This document shows, piece by piece, positions 17,758 to 27,664 of a stretch of 32,000 nucleotides of DNA. Position numbers and translations under genes: made by a program. The stretch lies in the NCBI RefSeq assembly GCF_001481685.1, contig NZ_CP006867.1, positions 1,140,001-1,172,000 of the forward strand. Direction: 5' to 3'. The stretch comes from Ignicoccus islandicus DSM 13165 (GTDB taxonomy: Archaea; Thermoproteota; Thermoprotei_A; Sulfolobales; Ignicoccaceae). A model generated the notes under the pieces. It was given only the letters and a program-made list of their open reading frames with translations, ran no database searches and was not told the DNA's origin. The first letter of the stretch is position 1. Each line of letters opens with the position of its first letter.

Positions 17758-18542
17758 ATTCTCGAGAGCACCTCTAAAGCCCCTCTGACTAAATTACCCT
17801 CCGTTACCATGCCTACCACTTGCCTACCTATGGTTACTAAGAGCGCCTCCTTGCCCTTATCGATCATTATAGCTGCCGCTTGCGATATAGGCGTCGATGC
17901 GCTAATCTTGAACGTCTCTTCCGCGGCCTCCTCTACGGGTGCCGAAGGCGATAATTCCATTGCTTTCTTCACTAATTTACTCATGCTCACTATACCTATA
18001 ATTTCATCGTCCTTACTTAAAGCTAAGTGACGCGTCCATAGCTCCGTCATCAGCTCCAAGACTTCTCTTATCGAAGATCCCGGTAGGACGAAGGTGCTTA
18101 TTGGACTCATTACGTTTTCAACCTTCTCGAGAGAGGGTACTACTGCTAAGAACTTTACTACGTCCTTCTCAGTTAGTATTCCCCTAATTCTCTCCATGCT
18201 GTCTAAGATTATTACTGAACCTACGCCGTGCTCGATCATCATTTCAACGGCCTTGAACAACGGATCGTCCACGTACACCCGGATCGGTTGGACGTTCATG
18301 TATTCCATTACTTTTCTCTCTTTCAGTTTGTTTACGCCCTCCTTAGCTATTATTGAAGCAACGTCCCTTAACCCCACCATTCCTATGAAGTGACCGCTCG
18401 AGTCCTTAACCGGTAAGTGTCGTATATTGAATTCGATCATTAAGTTGGCTGCAGTTTCCATGTCCGTTTCGGGTGAAACCGTAACAACGTCCTTGGTCGC
18501 GTAATCCATAACTTTAACGTAGTGTTTTCCCCATTCCTCCAA
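17754..18542 (-). CDS. CBS-domain protein (four CBS motifs)
   Basis: 262 aa; 'VMDYATKDVVTVSPETDMETAANLMIEFNIRHLPVKD', 'VMEYMNVQPIRVYVDDPLFKAVEMMIEHGVGSVIILD', 'VMSPISTFVLPGSSIREVLELM', and 'ISASTPISQAAAIMIDKGKEALLV'. Confidence 0.93.
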   Translation of the reverse strand: MEEWGKHYVKVMDYATKDVVTVSPETDMETAANLMIEFNIRHLPVKDSSGHFIGMVGLRDVASIIAKEGVNKLKERKVMEYMNVQPIRVYVDDPLFKAVEMMIEHGVGSVIILDSMERIRGILTEKDVVKFLAVVPSLEKVENVMSPISTFVLPGSSIREVLELMTELWTRHLALSKDDEIIGIVSMSKLVKKAMELSPSAPVEEAAEETFKISASTPISQAAAIMIDKGKEALLVTIGRQVVGMVTEGNLVRGALEVLSRI

Positions 18543-18595
18543 GGCTACACGTACCCTAATTCATACCTTTAGTAGACGTTAGTTAAAGACCGCTT

Positions 18596-19072
18596 TCACT
18601 TCCTTCTAACCAACTTCAGAAGCTCTCGGGGATCGTCTAGCCCGCCCGAGTAAAGCTTTATGTCTAGCACCGGCGTTGAGTCTACTGCATCGAGCCCCAG
18701 AACCTTTAAGCAACAATCAACCTTATCTATAACGTAACATAGAGATAACCCAATGGGGTTTGGTCTGGCTGGGCTCCTTGTAGCGAATACGCCCACCTCA
18801 GGGAATCGCTCGTCGTGAAATGGATGAACTTTAATTGGTTTATCCTTGCTCAAGTGAGCGTACCATATTACCCAGATTAAGGAACCTCTCTCTATTCCAT
18901 CCAATCCATCGCAGTATTCCTTCAGTAATTCTATGGTCGCCTCTTTAGACCTTAGCTCATCTCCTTCCCTGAAGACCTCCTCCTTCCCTTTGACCGCCCT
19001 TAGTTCCTCTCTTCTCCTAACGTAGCCTATTGCGTTACAAACGAAATTCATACGAGTCCCTTTGTTAGTCAA
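18596..19072 (-). CDS. trmO: TrmO/TsaA-family tRNA methyltransferase
   Basis: 'AIGYVRR...GLDGIERGSLIWVIWYAHLSKD...FHDERFPEVGVFATRSPARPNPIGLSLCYV...LDAVDSTPVLDIKLY' is a TrmO signature. Start may be MNFVCNAIGYVRR. Confidence 0.88.
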   Translation of the reverse strand: MTNKGTRMNFVCNAIGYVRRREELRAVKGKEEVFREGDELRSKEATIELLKEYCDGLDGIERGSLIWVIWYAHLSKDKPIKVHPFHDERFPEVGVFATRSPARPNPIGLSLCYVIDKVDCCLKVLGLDAVDSTPVLDIKLYSGGLDDPRELLKLVRRK

Positions 19073-19187
19073 TGAAGCTAAACGATATTCTTAGTGTTCT
19101 CGCGAACTTCATTGAAAAAACGTTAATAACGAAGAACAATATGAGTCCCTTAAATACAACCATCTGAAACTCTTCGCGGAGAGCGTT

Positions 19188-19922
19188 TTGAATGCAGTGG
19201 AAATCAAGGGCCTGAGGAAGACTCTAGGACGTAAAGAGATCCTCAAAGGGATAAACTTGGAGATAAAGGAAGGAGAGATATTCGGCCTCATAGGTCCAAA
19301 CGGAGCGGGTAAGACGACGACCCTCCGAATAATAGCGACGTTATTGAAGCCGACCGCTGGAATCGTTAAAGTATACGGAAGGAACGTCGCTGAAGAGCCA
19401 GAAGAGGTAAGGAAGCTTATCTCCTACCTTCCCGAAGAGAGTGACGTTTACTTGAGGCTAACTGGCTTAGAGAACTTGAAGTTCTTTGCCATGGTTTACG
19501 CTAAGAACGAAGAAGAGGTCGAGGAAATGATTCGAAGAGGTATTGAGATAGCCGATCTAGGGAACGCAATAAATAGACTAACTAGGACGTACAGTAAAGG
19601 TATGAGAAGGAGGCTGGCGTTAGCTAGGGCGCTAATGGTGAGGCCTCGTTTGGCCATTCTTGACGAGCCTACCTCCGGTCTAGACGTTTACTCAGCTATG
19701 AAGGTTCGGAACTCAATAAAGAAGTTCGTTAAAGAAACTGGAAATACTGTAATCTTGTCTTCTCACAACATGCTGGAAGTAGAGTACTTGTGCGACAGGG
19801 TGGCGTTCGTTGCAAACGGTAAGATAGTGCAAATAGGAACCCCGAAGCAACTGAAGGAAATGTACGGAGCCGAGAACTTGGAAGAAGCATTCATCAAGGC
19901 TGTGGAGGTTGAGGCGAAGTGA
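19188..19922 (+). CDS. ABC transporter ATP-binding protein
   Basis: Walker A 'GPNGAGKTT', signature 'YSKGMRRRLALARALM', Walker B 'RLAILDEPTSGLD', H-loop 'SSHN'. Confidence 0.96.
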   Translation: MNAVEIKGLRKTLGRKEILKGINLEIKEGEIFGLIGPNGAGKTTTLRIIATLLKPTAGIVKVYGRNVAEEPEEVRKLISYLPEESDVYLRLTGLENLKFFAMVYAKNEEEVEEMIRRGIEIADLGNAINRLTRTYSKGMRRRLALARALMVRPRLAILDEPTSGLDVYSAMKVRNSIKKFVKETGNTVILSSHNMLEVEYLCDRVAFVANGKIVQIGTPKQLKEMYGAENLEEAFIKAVEVEAK

Positions 19923-21298
19923 ATCACTTGAAAGCTATACTGTGGAAGGAAATAAAGGACTTATCAAGAGATAGAAAGACACTAATCTCCACCATAGTAT
20001 TGCCAGCGTTCTTGCTTCCTATGATGGGACTCTTGCTAACGGCCGCACAGAAAACGGTACCAATAAAGGTTGTAATAGTGAATTTAGATAACGGTACATC
20101 TCTTCCATTAACTTCCCCACCAACAATACTGAACGTCTTAACTAACAAGTCTCAGCAGAGAATTAATTACGGTGATCTCATTGCTTCTTACTTAAAGAAG
20201 GTTCTACTTAACGTTTCATCGAGCGTTTATATAGAGGTTTACAAGAGTTACGATAAAGTGAAAGACTACGATATACTAATAGTTATTCCTTCGAACTTCA
20301 GTGAAGTGTTATCCGAGATCAATCCATATAATTTCAAGCAAACGCTAGTTAGAGTTTACTTCAGAGCTGGACCCTCAGGAGTTAATATAGCTGGTAGTAT
20401 AGTTTCACAAACGATACTTCGGACCCTTTCAACGCTTTCCCAACAAGTCTTCGGAACTCAGAGAGTCAAGGTATTGTTGGCCTGTTGCGACGCAACGGAC
20501 GTGCCTCCGGAAGCCGTTACGAATCCAATACGAATAGTTAGCGAGTACGTTAGCGTTACTGGCGAAAAGATCAGTGCCAAAGAAGTAAGTAAAATACTAA
20601 CGGCGAAGTTACTCCTGTTCTCAATATTCTATGTAAGCATGCCAGTTGTGGCTTTCATAAGCGACTCGATAGCTGGTGAAAGGGAAAGGAAGACTCTAGA
20701 GACGCTCTTGGCTTCGCCCATTAACAGGAGGAACGTAGTAATAGGTAAACTAGCTGCAGTTGTAGTCCTAGGGCTCTTAGCTGCCGTTGCTGACGTTATA
20801 GGTCTTATTCTCTATATTCAGATATTAAACAGTCAAATATCTTCAATTAACGTGCAAGGAAGCGTTGCTACCGAGGCGTTCACGCTCGCCCTAGATCCGA
20901 TACTGATAGCTGTACACGGTATAGTAATGCTCCTGGTTGTAGCTGCTACAGCCTCCATGTTAATGCCCATCTCAGCTTTATCGGACAGCGTTAGAAGCGC
21001 TCAATCCATAGGCGGCTTCATTCAAATGATACCGCTCCTAGTTATATTCTATGCAATGTATGGCAGCTTAAGCTCTCTTCCCGAGAACTTGAAGATAGCG
21101 ATATACTTGATACCCCACACTTACGCCGTAATTGGAATAGATGAGGCATTGAAAGGTAACTACTTAGGGGTACTAGAAAGCGTTATAAAGATGATAATAG
21201 TGTCAACAGCTTATCTCGCAATAACCATAAGGATCTTCGAGAGCGAGTACATAGTGACCGGAAGTATTTCAAGAAAGAGGAGTCAAGCTGCTCCTTAG
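19919..21298 (+). CDS. ABC-2 type transporter permease
   Basis: 459 aa; 'ILWKEIKDLSRDRKTLISTIVLPAFLLPMMGLL', large extracytoplasmic loop, 'IAGERERKTLETLLASPINRRNVVIGKL'; 4-nt overlap with the ATPase gene. Confidence 0.92.
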   Translation: MNHLKAILWKEIKDLSRDRKTLISTIVLPAFLLPMMGLLLTAAQKTVPIKVVIVNLDNGTSLPLTSPPTILNVLTNKSQQRINYGDLIASYLKKVLLNVSSSVYIEVYKSYDKVKDYDILIVIPSNFSEVLSEINPYNFKQTLVRVYFRAGPSGVNIAGSIVSQTILRTLSTLSQQVFGTQRVKVLLACCDATDVPPEAVTNPIRIVSEYVSVTGEKISAKEVSKILTAKLLLFSIFYVSMPVVAFISDSIAGERERKTLETLLASPINRRNVVIGKLAAVVVLGLLAAVADVIGLILYIQILNSQISSINVQGSVATEAFTLALDPILIAVHGIVMLLVVAATASMLMPISALSDSVRSAQSIGGFIQMIPLLVIFYAMYGSLSSLPENLKIAIYLIPHTYAVIGIDEALKGNYLGVLESVIKMIIVSTAYLAITIRIFESEYIVTGSISRKRSQAAP

Positions 21299-22008
21299 TC
21301 CTTTTTACTATCGCTTCTACCTTTAAGTAAATCGATTACCTTCTTTATTCCCATTGCCTTCAAGAGCTCTTCGCCCAATACAACTGACGCTTCACCGAGT
21401 CCCTTCTCGGAGAGCGCTATCCCAACTCTAACCCAGTCTATTCTAGCAATTATTGCGGATAACACTAGTGTGACAATAATCAATATAAGAACGCTCTCGG
21501 CCGCTCCTAGGTTGTATTGAGATGATATTTCACCGTACGCGTTTCCAAATACTATACTTAGGAACGTGATAATTACCTTCCCCATCCATACAGCAATGAA
21601 GAATTTAGTTAGAGGGTACCTCGCCACTCCTAAGGGTATGTAGAGGACGTCGTCTGGTAGGGGCAAGGCGGCGAAGAGGAATATGGCAATGAATATTCCC
21701 CTTTTGGCCATACTAGCGAATATATGCATATTGCGTTTAACTTTCTCCGGCAATATTTCGGAAGTGGCGACGCCCGTCAAGTATACAATTACCTTTCCGA
21801 TAGCCGCTCCAAGTCCCCCAACGACGCTCCAAATTATCACGTCCACCAAACTCAACCTCATTTGGGAAGCCATGGCTGCTATTACCGCTAGGTAAGGTAC
21901 TGTCGCGTAAGGTATCGCGTTCCCTACTAATGATATAATGAACACTCCTAGTGGTCCGTATTCTATAACTAGGTTATTTAGGTCCGAAATGAACTCATTG
22001 AAATCCAT
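21295..22008 (-). CDS. VTT/DedA-like (SNARE-associated) membrane protein
   Basis: 237 aa; 'YGPLGVFIISLVGNAIPYATVPYLAVIAAMA', 'VVGGLGAAIGKVIVYLTG', 'LFAALPLPDDVLYIPLGVARYPLTKFFIAVWMGK'. Confidence 0.75.
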   Translation of the reverse strand: MDFNEFISDLNNLVIEYGPLGVFIISLVGNAIPYATVPYLAVIAAMASQMRLSLVDVIIWSVVGGLGAAIGKVIVYLTGVATSEILPEKVKRNMHIFASMAKRGIFIAIFLFAALPLPDDVLYIPLGVARYPLTKFFIAVWMGKVIITFLSIVFGNAYGEISSQYNLGAAESVLILIIVTLVLSAIIARIDWVRVGIALSEKGLGEASVVLGEELLKAMGIKKVIDLLKGRSDSKKD

Positions 22009-22156
22009 CTCTCTTTCAACCGAATCCCTTGAGCGTACGGTTGTTTTTATCTAGGCGGAGTCCGGCGGGGATTCAATTCTTCATCCATTTCCGAAAGCGA
22101 GCTCCCTCGTCATCCTCCTTTAAAATCCGACAATAGGAGCACAATAGGGCTAATTT

Positions 22157-23176
22157 ATGCCAGTGGACCTAATTGTAGGAGCCCTATTTGGAGACGAGGG
22201 CAAAGGTAAGATTGCGTCATTTATTGCTTTCGATCAAAGGCCGTCAATCATGGTTAGGACCGGTGCTATCAACGCTGGACACACAGTTTACTATCGAGGA
22301 AGGGAATACAAACTTAGAGCTTTGCCTTCGGGACTCGTGACTCATAGAGACGCTGTGGGAGCCGTAGCCCCGGGCGCTCTCATAAGCATAGACGTCCTGA
22401 AAAGGGAAGTTGAAGAGCTGGGCTTAAGTAAGGGCTCTGTATGGGTCGATGAGAGAACGGGAATAATTACGGAGGAACATATCGAAAGGGAGAGGAGCGA
22501 TGCAAATCTCTCAAAGAAGATAGGGTCGACACTAACTGGAGTAGGGGCCGCAATGAGCGATAGGGTATTAAGGAAGCTCAAGCTGGCGAGGGACTATAGG
22601 GACGAAATAGAGAAATTTGCCACTGTCGTGGACCTCCCTCAACTGCTTTACGAGGCGGTTGACGGTTTGAAGGTCGTTCATATTGAAGGAACGCAAGGCT
22701 TCGGACTAAGCTTGTATCACGGTACCTATCCTTACGTTACGTCGAGAGACGTAACCGCTCCGGCGTTGTTGTCCGAAACTGGTTTGTCACCATCCGATGT
22801 AAGGGACGTGATATTAGTTACTAAGGCATACGTTACGAGAGTTGGAGCAGGTCCATTAGAAGGCGAAATCAGCTTAGAAGAAGCTGAGAAGAGGGGACTG
22901 GTTGAGTACGGAACTGTTACGGGCAGGCCTCGAAGGGTCGCCCCCCTAGAGGCGAACCTACACCTACTCAAGAGGGCCGCCAGGGCGAACGGCGCCACTA
23001 AGTTGGCCGTTACCAAAATAGACGTCTTATTCCCAAAGACTAAGGGAATCACATCGTGGCGCGACCTCCCAAGCGAAGTAAAGGCGTGGTTAAGTGACAT
23101 AGAGAAGGAAGTAGGAGTTCCTATTTGCTACGTTGGCACTGGCCCCGATGCCTTAGAAACGATAAAGGCATGTTGA
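22157..23176 (+). CDS. purA: Adenylosuccinate synthetase (archaeal short form)
   Basis: 'LIVGALFGDEGKGKIASFIA', 'RTGAINAGHTVYYRG', 'IEGTQGFGLSLYHGTYPYVTSRDVTA'. Confidence 0.96.
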   Translation: MPVDLIVGALFGDEGKGKIASFIAFDQRPSIMVRTGAINAGHTVYYRGREYKLRALPSGLVTHRDAVGAVAPGALISIDVLKREVEELGLSKGSVWVDERTGIITEEHIERERSDANLSKKIGSTLTGVGAAMSDRVLRKLKLARDYRDEIEKFATVVDLPQLLYEAVDGLKVVHIEGTQGFGLSLYHGTYPYVTSRDVTAPALLSETGLSPSDVRDVILVTKAYVTRVGAGPLEGEISLEEAEKRGLVEYGTVTGRPRRVAPLEANLHLLKRAARANGATKLAVTKIDVLFPKTKGITSWRDLPSEVKAWLSDIEKEVGVPICYVGTGPDALETIKAC

Positions 23177-23236
23177 GCTCTAATTTCCTTCCGGTTTAAA
23201 AAGCGGAGATTGCCGACGTTAACGGTGAAGTAGCTC

Positions 23237-23800
23237 TTGGTTAGGGTACTGGTCGTTGCCTTCGGAGGCCAGTACAATCATTTAATAAAGAGAAGTATTG
23301 AGAAGCTGGGCCATGAAGCAGACATGGTACTTTATACAATGAAACCTGACGTAAACAAGTACGATTGCATAGTGTTTGGAGGCGGACCTCTAACTATGCC
23401 CAAAGACTTCGAGAAGGTCAAATGGTTAAAGGAATACTTGAGCTTAGGTAAACCTGTTCTGGGAATATGTCTAGGTCACCAAGTTCTAGCTCTATTAAAT
23501 GGAGGAACAGTAGGTCCTTCGCCGAAGCCGGAATACGGTGACGTCACCATATACGTTGACGACGAAGACGAGATATTAAGAGGATTGGGACCGAAGTTCT
23601 TAGCTTGGGAGAGTCACAACGAGGAAGTGCTAGAGGAGCCTCCCAATAGCGTGGTAATAGCTCACAGCGACAATACTCGAGTTCAAGCCCTCAAGTACCT
23701 TAACGGTCCCTTCTACGGCGTTCAGTTCCATCCAGAAGTCCAACATACACCTAAAGGCAGTCAAGTCTTCCAGAACTTCATATCAATCTGCAAGTCCTAA
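23237..23800 (+). CDS. guaAA: GMP synthase subunit A (glutamine amidotransferase)
   Basis: TTG start; 'VLVVAFGGQYNHLIKRSIEKLG', 'PVLGICLGHQVLALLNGG', 'YGVQFHPEVQHTPKGSQVFQNF'. Confidence 0.94.
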   Translation: MVRVLVVAFGGQYNHLIKRSIEKLGHEADMVLYTMKPDVNKYDCIVFGGGPLTMPKDFEKVKWLKEYLSLGKPVLGICLGHQVLALLNGGTVGPSPKPEYGDVTIYVDDEDEILRGLGPKFLAWESHNEEVLEEPPNSVVIAHSDNTRVQALKYLNGPFYGVQFHPEVQHTPKGSQVFQNFISICKS

Positions 23801-24546
23801 ATTAACATCTTTACTCCCATAAGGAGCATTAATAATGCAAATAGCTTCTTGAGCTTCGCTCTATCCATCTCTTTCATTAACTTCGAACCTATCTTCGTTC
23901 CTATTATTATTCCGGGTAGGAAGGCTAGAGCCAACTCCCAATCCACGTAACCCCATGCGATCTTGGGAAGGGCTGAGGCAATTGCTGTCATAGGTAACGC
24001 GGCTACACTAGTTCCAATTGCGATCTTTACGTCCATATCGAAAACGAGCATTAATATTGGATTTATTAGAACGCCTCCGGACATTCCAGCTAAGCCCGCG
24101 AACGTTCCAAGCAATACTCCGCTCAGAATCAAAGCAGTTTTCTCTGGAGGCTCAGTTCTAGTACCCTTAGTCTTTGTTACCACTAACGCCGAAATTATTA
24201 TGAACAATATTCCCAAGACCTTATCCATGACTTTCATTTGGGATGCTATTAAGAACAAGTAGTTGCCTATTACAGTTCCGATAACTCCGCCTATGCCCAA
24301 GTAGATGCCTTCCTTCCTTAACGTTCCTTGTCTTAAGTGAAACCACGCCGAAGAGAGGGTGCTTGCAATTATTATGACTGAATTAGTACCAACAGCTACG
24401 GAAGGATCGACGCCCAATAGGAATATCATTGATGGAATTGAAATAACTCCGCCTCCAACTCCAAAGAGAGAGGCGACAACGCCAGTAATGATTGCAATGA
24501 CTAGTATCTCTGCAAACCCTATCAAGTTAGCTTGCATTTCCGGCAA
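23797..24546 (-). CDS. TauE/SafE family sulfite/anion exporter-like permease
   Basis: 249 aa; 'VVASLFGVGGGVISIPSMIFLLGVDPSVAVGTNSVIIIASTLSSAW' and 'LAGMSGGVLINPILMLVFDMDVKIAIGTS' duplicated motifs. Confidence 0.9.
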   Translation of the reverse strand: MPEMQANLIGFAEILVIAIITGVVASLFGVGGGVISIPSMIFLLGVDPSVAVGTNSVIIIASTLSSAWFHLRQGTLRKEGIYLGIGGVIGTVIGNYLFLIASQMKVMDKVLGILFIIISALVVTKTKGTRTEPPEKTALILSGVLLGTFAGLAGMSGGVLINPILMLVFDMDVKIAIGTSVAALPMTAIASALPKIAWGYVDWELALAFLPGIIIGTKIGSKLMKEMDRAKLKKLFALLMLLMGVKMLI

Positions 24547-24584
24547 ACCATCGCGTCAGCTTAGCGTGTATATATGAGTGTTTT

Positions 24585-25982
24585 TTAGCTGAGCTTCTTT
24601 GCGATGGCCTCGCCAGCAATGAGGCCGGTAGCGGCCGCTACGTTGATTCCTCTAGAAAGTCCGGCTCCGTCTCCAGCAGCGTAGACGTTCGCGACGTCGG
24701 TCTCCATGTTCCTATCGACTTTCGCCTTCATACTATAGTACTTTATTTCTGGGGCATAGAGTAAAGTGTGTGGTGCGAAGACACCGGGGATAATGTAGTC
24801 TAGGCTCTTCAGTCCTTCCAATATGTTAGTTATGACTCTATATGGGAACGCCATGCTTATGTCACCCGGAGTTACCTCTCTTAAGGTAGGCTTGGTTACG
24901 CTCCTCTTTATTCTCTCCCACGTACTTCTTCTGCCGCTCTCTAAGTCTATTAGTCTTTGAATAAGAGGATTTCCTCCACCCAACTTCGTAGCCAGTTTAG
25001 CTATGTTCTTACCATACTCTATGGTGTCCTCCATGGGATCGGTTAACTTAACTGTTACTAGGAAAGCGAAGTTCGTATTGTTGCTCTTCATGTTTAAGTA
25101 TGCGTGACCGTTAACTCCAACAGTACCATCATCGTATACTTCTTTTACAACGAAGCCCTTGTGATTAGTACAGAAGGTCCTAACTTTGTCATCGAACGTT
25201 CTCGTATATATTATTATCTTAGGGTCGACCTCTACGTCTATTATCTCTTCCATTACTTCGTAAGGAACTTCAACTCTGACGCCCACATCTAACGGACCGC
25301 TTTCGAGCGTTATGCCTAACTTCCTTGCTATATTAACGAACCAATCGGCCCCTCCCCTTCCGGGGGCTAAGAGTAAGTATTTGCTCTCAAAGACTCCCTT
25401 AGTCGTTTTAACTCTTTGACGAGAATCAACGATGTCTACGTCGAGTGCCTCGGTACCTATAATGAACTTCACGCCCTTGCTTTCTAAGTATTTAGTCATG
25501 TTTTCAATTACCCTCACTGAGTGATCGGTACCTATGTGTCTCTGTCTTATTGGAACGAACTTCGCACCTACCTTAACTGCCCTCTTCTCTATCTCTTTAA
25601 CGCGATCCATGTCGGGTTCGTGAAGCGTATCGGGAGGGGCTCCAAACCTTAAGAATATCTTATCGACTTCCTCTATTAATTCCCATGCCCTTTCTTCACT
25701 ACCCACCAATTCTTGCAAGTCGCCACCTACGTCAGGCCTCAAGTTAATGAGGCCCGAAGAGAGCGTTCCAGCGCCACCGACTCCATATAGTATGTGACAA
25801 GGCTTACAATACGTACATTTCCCTATCTTAGGTTCCTGGAGAGGGCATATCCTTTGATGTGCGTAATAGCCCTTCTCGATTATACCTATTCTAGCTTTCC
25901 CATTGGTAAGCTCAGCAATTTTCAAGGCAGCAAACATACCAGCTGGTCCGGCTCCAACTATGAGGACATCGAACTCGTTCAT
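24585..25982 (-). CDS. FAD-dependent dehydrogenase/oxidoreductase (COG2509-like)
   Basis: 'DVLIVGAGPAGMFAALKIAE' Rossmann motif, Cys cluster 'CPLQEPKIGKCTYCKPCHILYGVGGAGTLSSG', and C-terminal 'NVYAAGDGAGLSRGINVAAATG'. Confidence 0.88.
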   Translation of the reverse strand: MNEFDVLIVGAGPAGMFAALKIAELTNGKARIGIIEKGYYAHQRICPLQEPKIGKCTYCKPCHILYGVGGAGTLSSGLINLRPDVGGDLQELVGSEERAWELIEEVDKIFLRFGAPPDTLHEPDMDRVKEIEKRAVKVGAKFVPIRQRHIGTDHSVRVIENMTKYLESKGVKFIIGTEALDVDIVDSRQRVKTTKGVFESKYLLLAPGRGGADWFVNIARKLGITLESGPLDVGVRVEVPYEVMEEIIDVEVDPKIIIYTRTFDDKVRTFCTNHKGFVVKEVYDDGTVGVNGHAYLNMKSNNTNFAFLVTVKLTDPMEDTIEYGKNIAKLATKLGGGNPLIQRLIDLESGRRSTWERIKRSVTKPTLREVTPGDISMAFPYRVITNILEGLKSLDYIIPGVFAPHTLLYAPEIKYYSMKAKVDRNMETDVANVYAAGDGAGLSRGINVAAATGLIAGEAIAKKLS

Positions 25983-26165
25983 AGTTTACCACCTCGTATT
26001 CTGTTAAGTAGAAGTTGGATCTCTCCTCCTTCGTTAACTTTTATTGAAATTGAAGGAGCCAGCGCACTAGGAAAGTACACCCACTTCCCTTGGGGGCTAG
26101 ATGGGAAAGATGGAATTTAAAGGTTTGTATGTGATTCAGCTTATATCGAACCTCATTGATGCTTA

Positions 26166-27326
26166 ATGGGATTAACTGAAATGCAGTTCAGTAAAGCTGA
26201 CATCAAGGCTAGGAAGAGAGCTGCTGAAATAATTCACAAGGCCTTCATGAAAGTAGTTAATAAAGTGCTAAAGGGAGAAGAACCTGAACTCACCCTACCC
26301 AAGAGAACCTTACAGAACACCGTTTGGGACGAGCGGATGAAGATACTCCGACTGGGCGAAGAAACGCTAACTAGGAAGTTCCTTGATATCAACGAAGCTA
26401 AGATGTTTATGAAGACAACCCTAATGGCTTCAATAATCTATGAAGCGTTATTGAACGACGAATATCCAACGATAAGAGATCTATACTACCGAGGCAAGCA
26501 TACGATAGTTTACGTTGACCATAAAGGGAGGAAGAGAGAAGAAAACACTTGGGACGACCAGAAGGAAAGCGATGCCGTAATTACCGACGTTGAAGTATTT
26601 ACGGGACTCCTCAGAGAAGAAATGCTAATCCTAAGTAAAGAGAAAGGTAAAGTCGTAGGTAGGATGAGAATCAGGTCTGGCGATGACGTAATAGACTTGA
26701 GCAAAATGGGGCACGGCGCTTACGCCATAGAGCCTACGCCAGATCTGATAGAGTTCATTGACGTCGATGCGGAATTTGTATTAGTAATAGAGAAGGATGC
26801 TGTATTCCAACAGCTTCACAGAATAAAGTTCTGGGACAGATACAAGTGCTTACTAGTAACCTCTTCTGGACAACCGGATAGGGCAACTAGAAGGTTCGTT
26901 AGAAGGCTCAACGAGGAACTAGGCCTACCGGTTTACATATTGACCGATGCCGATCCATATGGATGGTATATCTATAGCGTCTTCCGATCGGGTAGCATAA
27001 ACTTAAGCTATGAAAGCGAGAGACTGGCAACGCCGAACGCGAAGTTCCTAGGGGTTAGTATGAGCGATATATTTGAAAAGAATTGGCTTGGACCTAAAGA
27101 GAGAAAGAACGTTATAATAAAGGCTAAGGAAACTGACATTAAGAGAGCTAAGGAAATGCAGCGATATGACTGGTTCAAGAGCAGCCAGAAGTGGATGCAT
27201 GAACTTGACTTGTTCCTCAAAAAGAAGAGTAAGTTGGAGATAGAGGCATTGGCCGTCAAGGGTCTAAGGTTCTTATCAGAAACCTATATCCCTCAGAAAA
27301 TTCAGACGGGCGATTGGATTGAGTAA
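26166..27326 (+). CDS. top6A: DNA topoisomerase VI subunit A
   Basis: 'YPTIRDLYYRGKHTIVY' active-site region, 'FVLVIEKDAVFQQLH', and 'VYILTDADPYGWYIYSVFRSGS'. Confidence 0.96.
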   Translation: MGLTEMQFSKADIKARKRAAEIIHKAFMKVVNKVLKGEEPELTLPKRTLQNTVWDERMKILRLGEETLTRKFLDINEAKMFMKTTLMASIIYEALLNDEYPTIRDLYYRGKHTIVYVDHKGRKREENTWDDQKESDAVITDVEVFTGLLREEMLILSKEKGKVVGRMRIRSGDDVIDLSKMGHGAYAIEPTPDLIEFIDVDAEFVLVIEKDAVFQQLHRIKFWDRYKCLLVTSSGQPDRATRRFVRRLNEELGLPVYILTDADPYGWYIYSVFRSGSINLSYESERLATPNAKFLGVSMSDIFEKNWLGPKERKNVIIKAKETDIKRAKEMQRYDWFKSSQKWMHELDLFLKKKSKLEIEALAVKGLRFLSETYIPQKIQTGDWIE

Positions 27327-27410
27327 TTCATATAAATATGAGTCTACTGTCATACCAGTAAATCACTTTTATTTAGGTTTTTCCTCCCTACGGAAACACT
27401 GGGGACCGCG

Positions 27411-27524
27411 ATGAGTTCGAACGTACCAAACGAATTAATCGAAATACTGGAGTTAGTTAGATCTTCAGAGAAATTGGCACAGCTAGAGGTGACTGAAACC
27501 GTAATTTACATTAACGACGAATGA
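27411..27524 (+). CDS. Possible small ORF (37 aa)
   Basis: Manual translation: MSSNVPNELIEILELVRSSEKLAQLEVTETVIYINDE*. Absent from the track; no strong SD seen. Confidence 0.25.
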   Translation: MSSNVPNELIEILELVRSSEKLAQLEVTETVIYINDE

Positions 27525-27664
27525 TCGATAATTTTATAAAAGCAAAGCAACAATGTCTTAGCCTATATTTATATTGTCTAAACATCTAATCAGATTAGGT
27601 ATGTCTACTCGGAACAGAACGTTATATCTCCTTATCACTTCTGACCCACTATGGGTACACTTCG

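Noticed and set aside
17809-18393. Plus-strand ORFs inside the CBS protein gene
   Set aside because: Antisense open frames with no recognisable features, opposite a clearly conserved gene.
22342-23100. Minus-strand ORFs inside purA (22342..22581, 22732..23100)
   Set aside because: Overlap a clearly conserved CDS and have antisense-like composition.
26166-27326. Topo VI subunit B partner gene adjacent to top6A
   Set aside because: No GHKL ATPase subunit was found beside it in the window; subunit B is presumably elsewhere in the genome.
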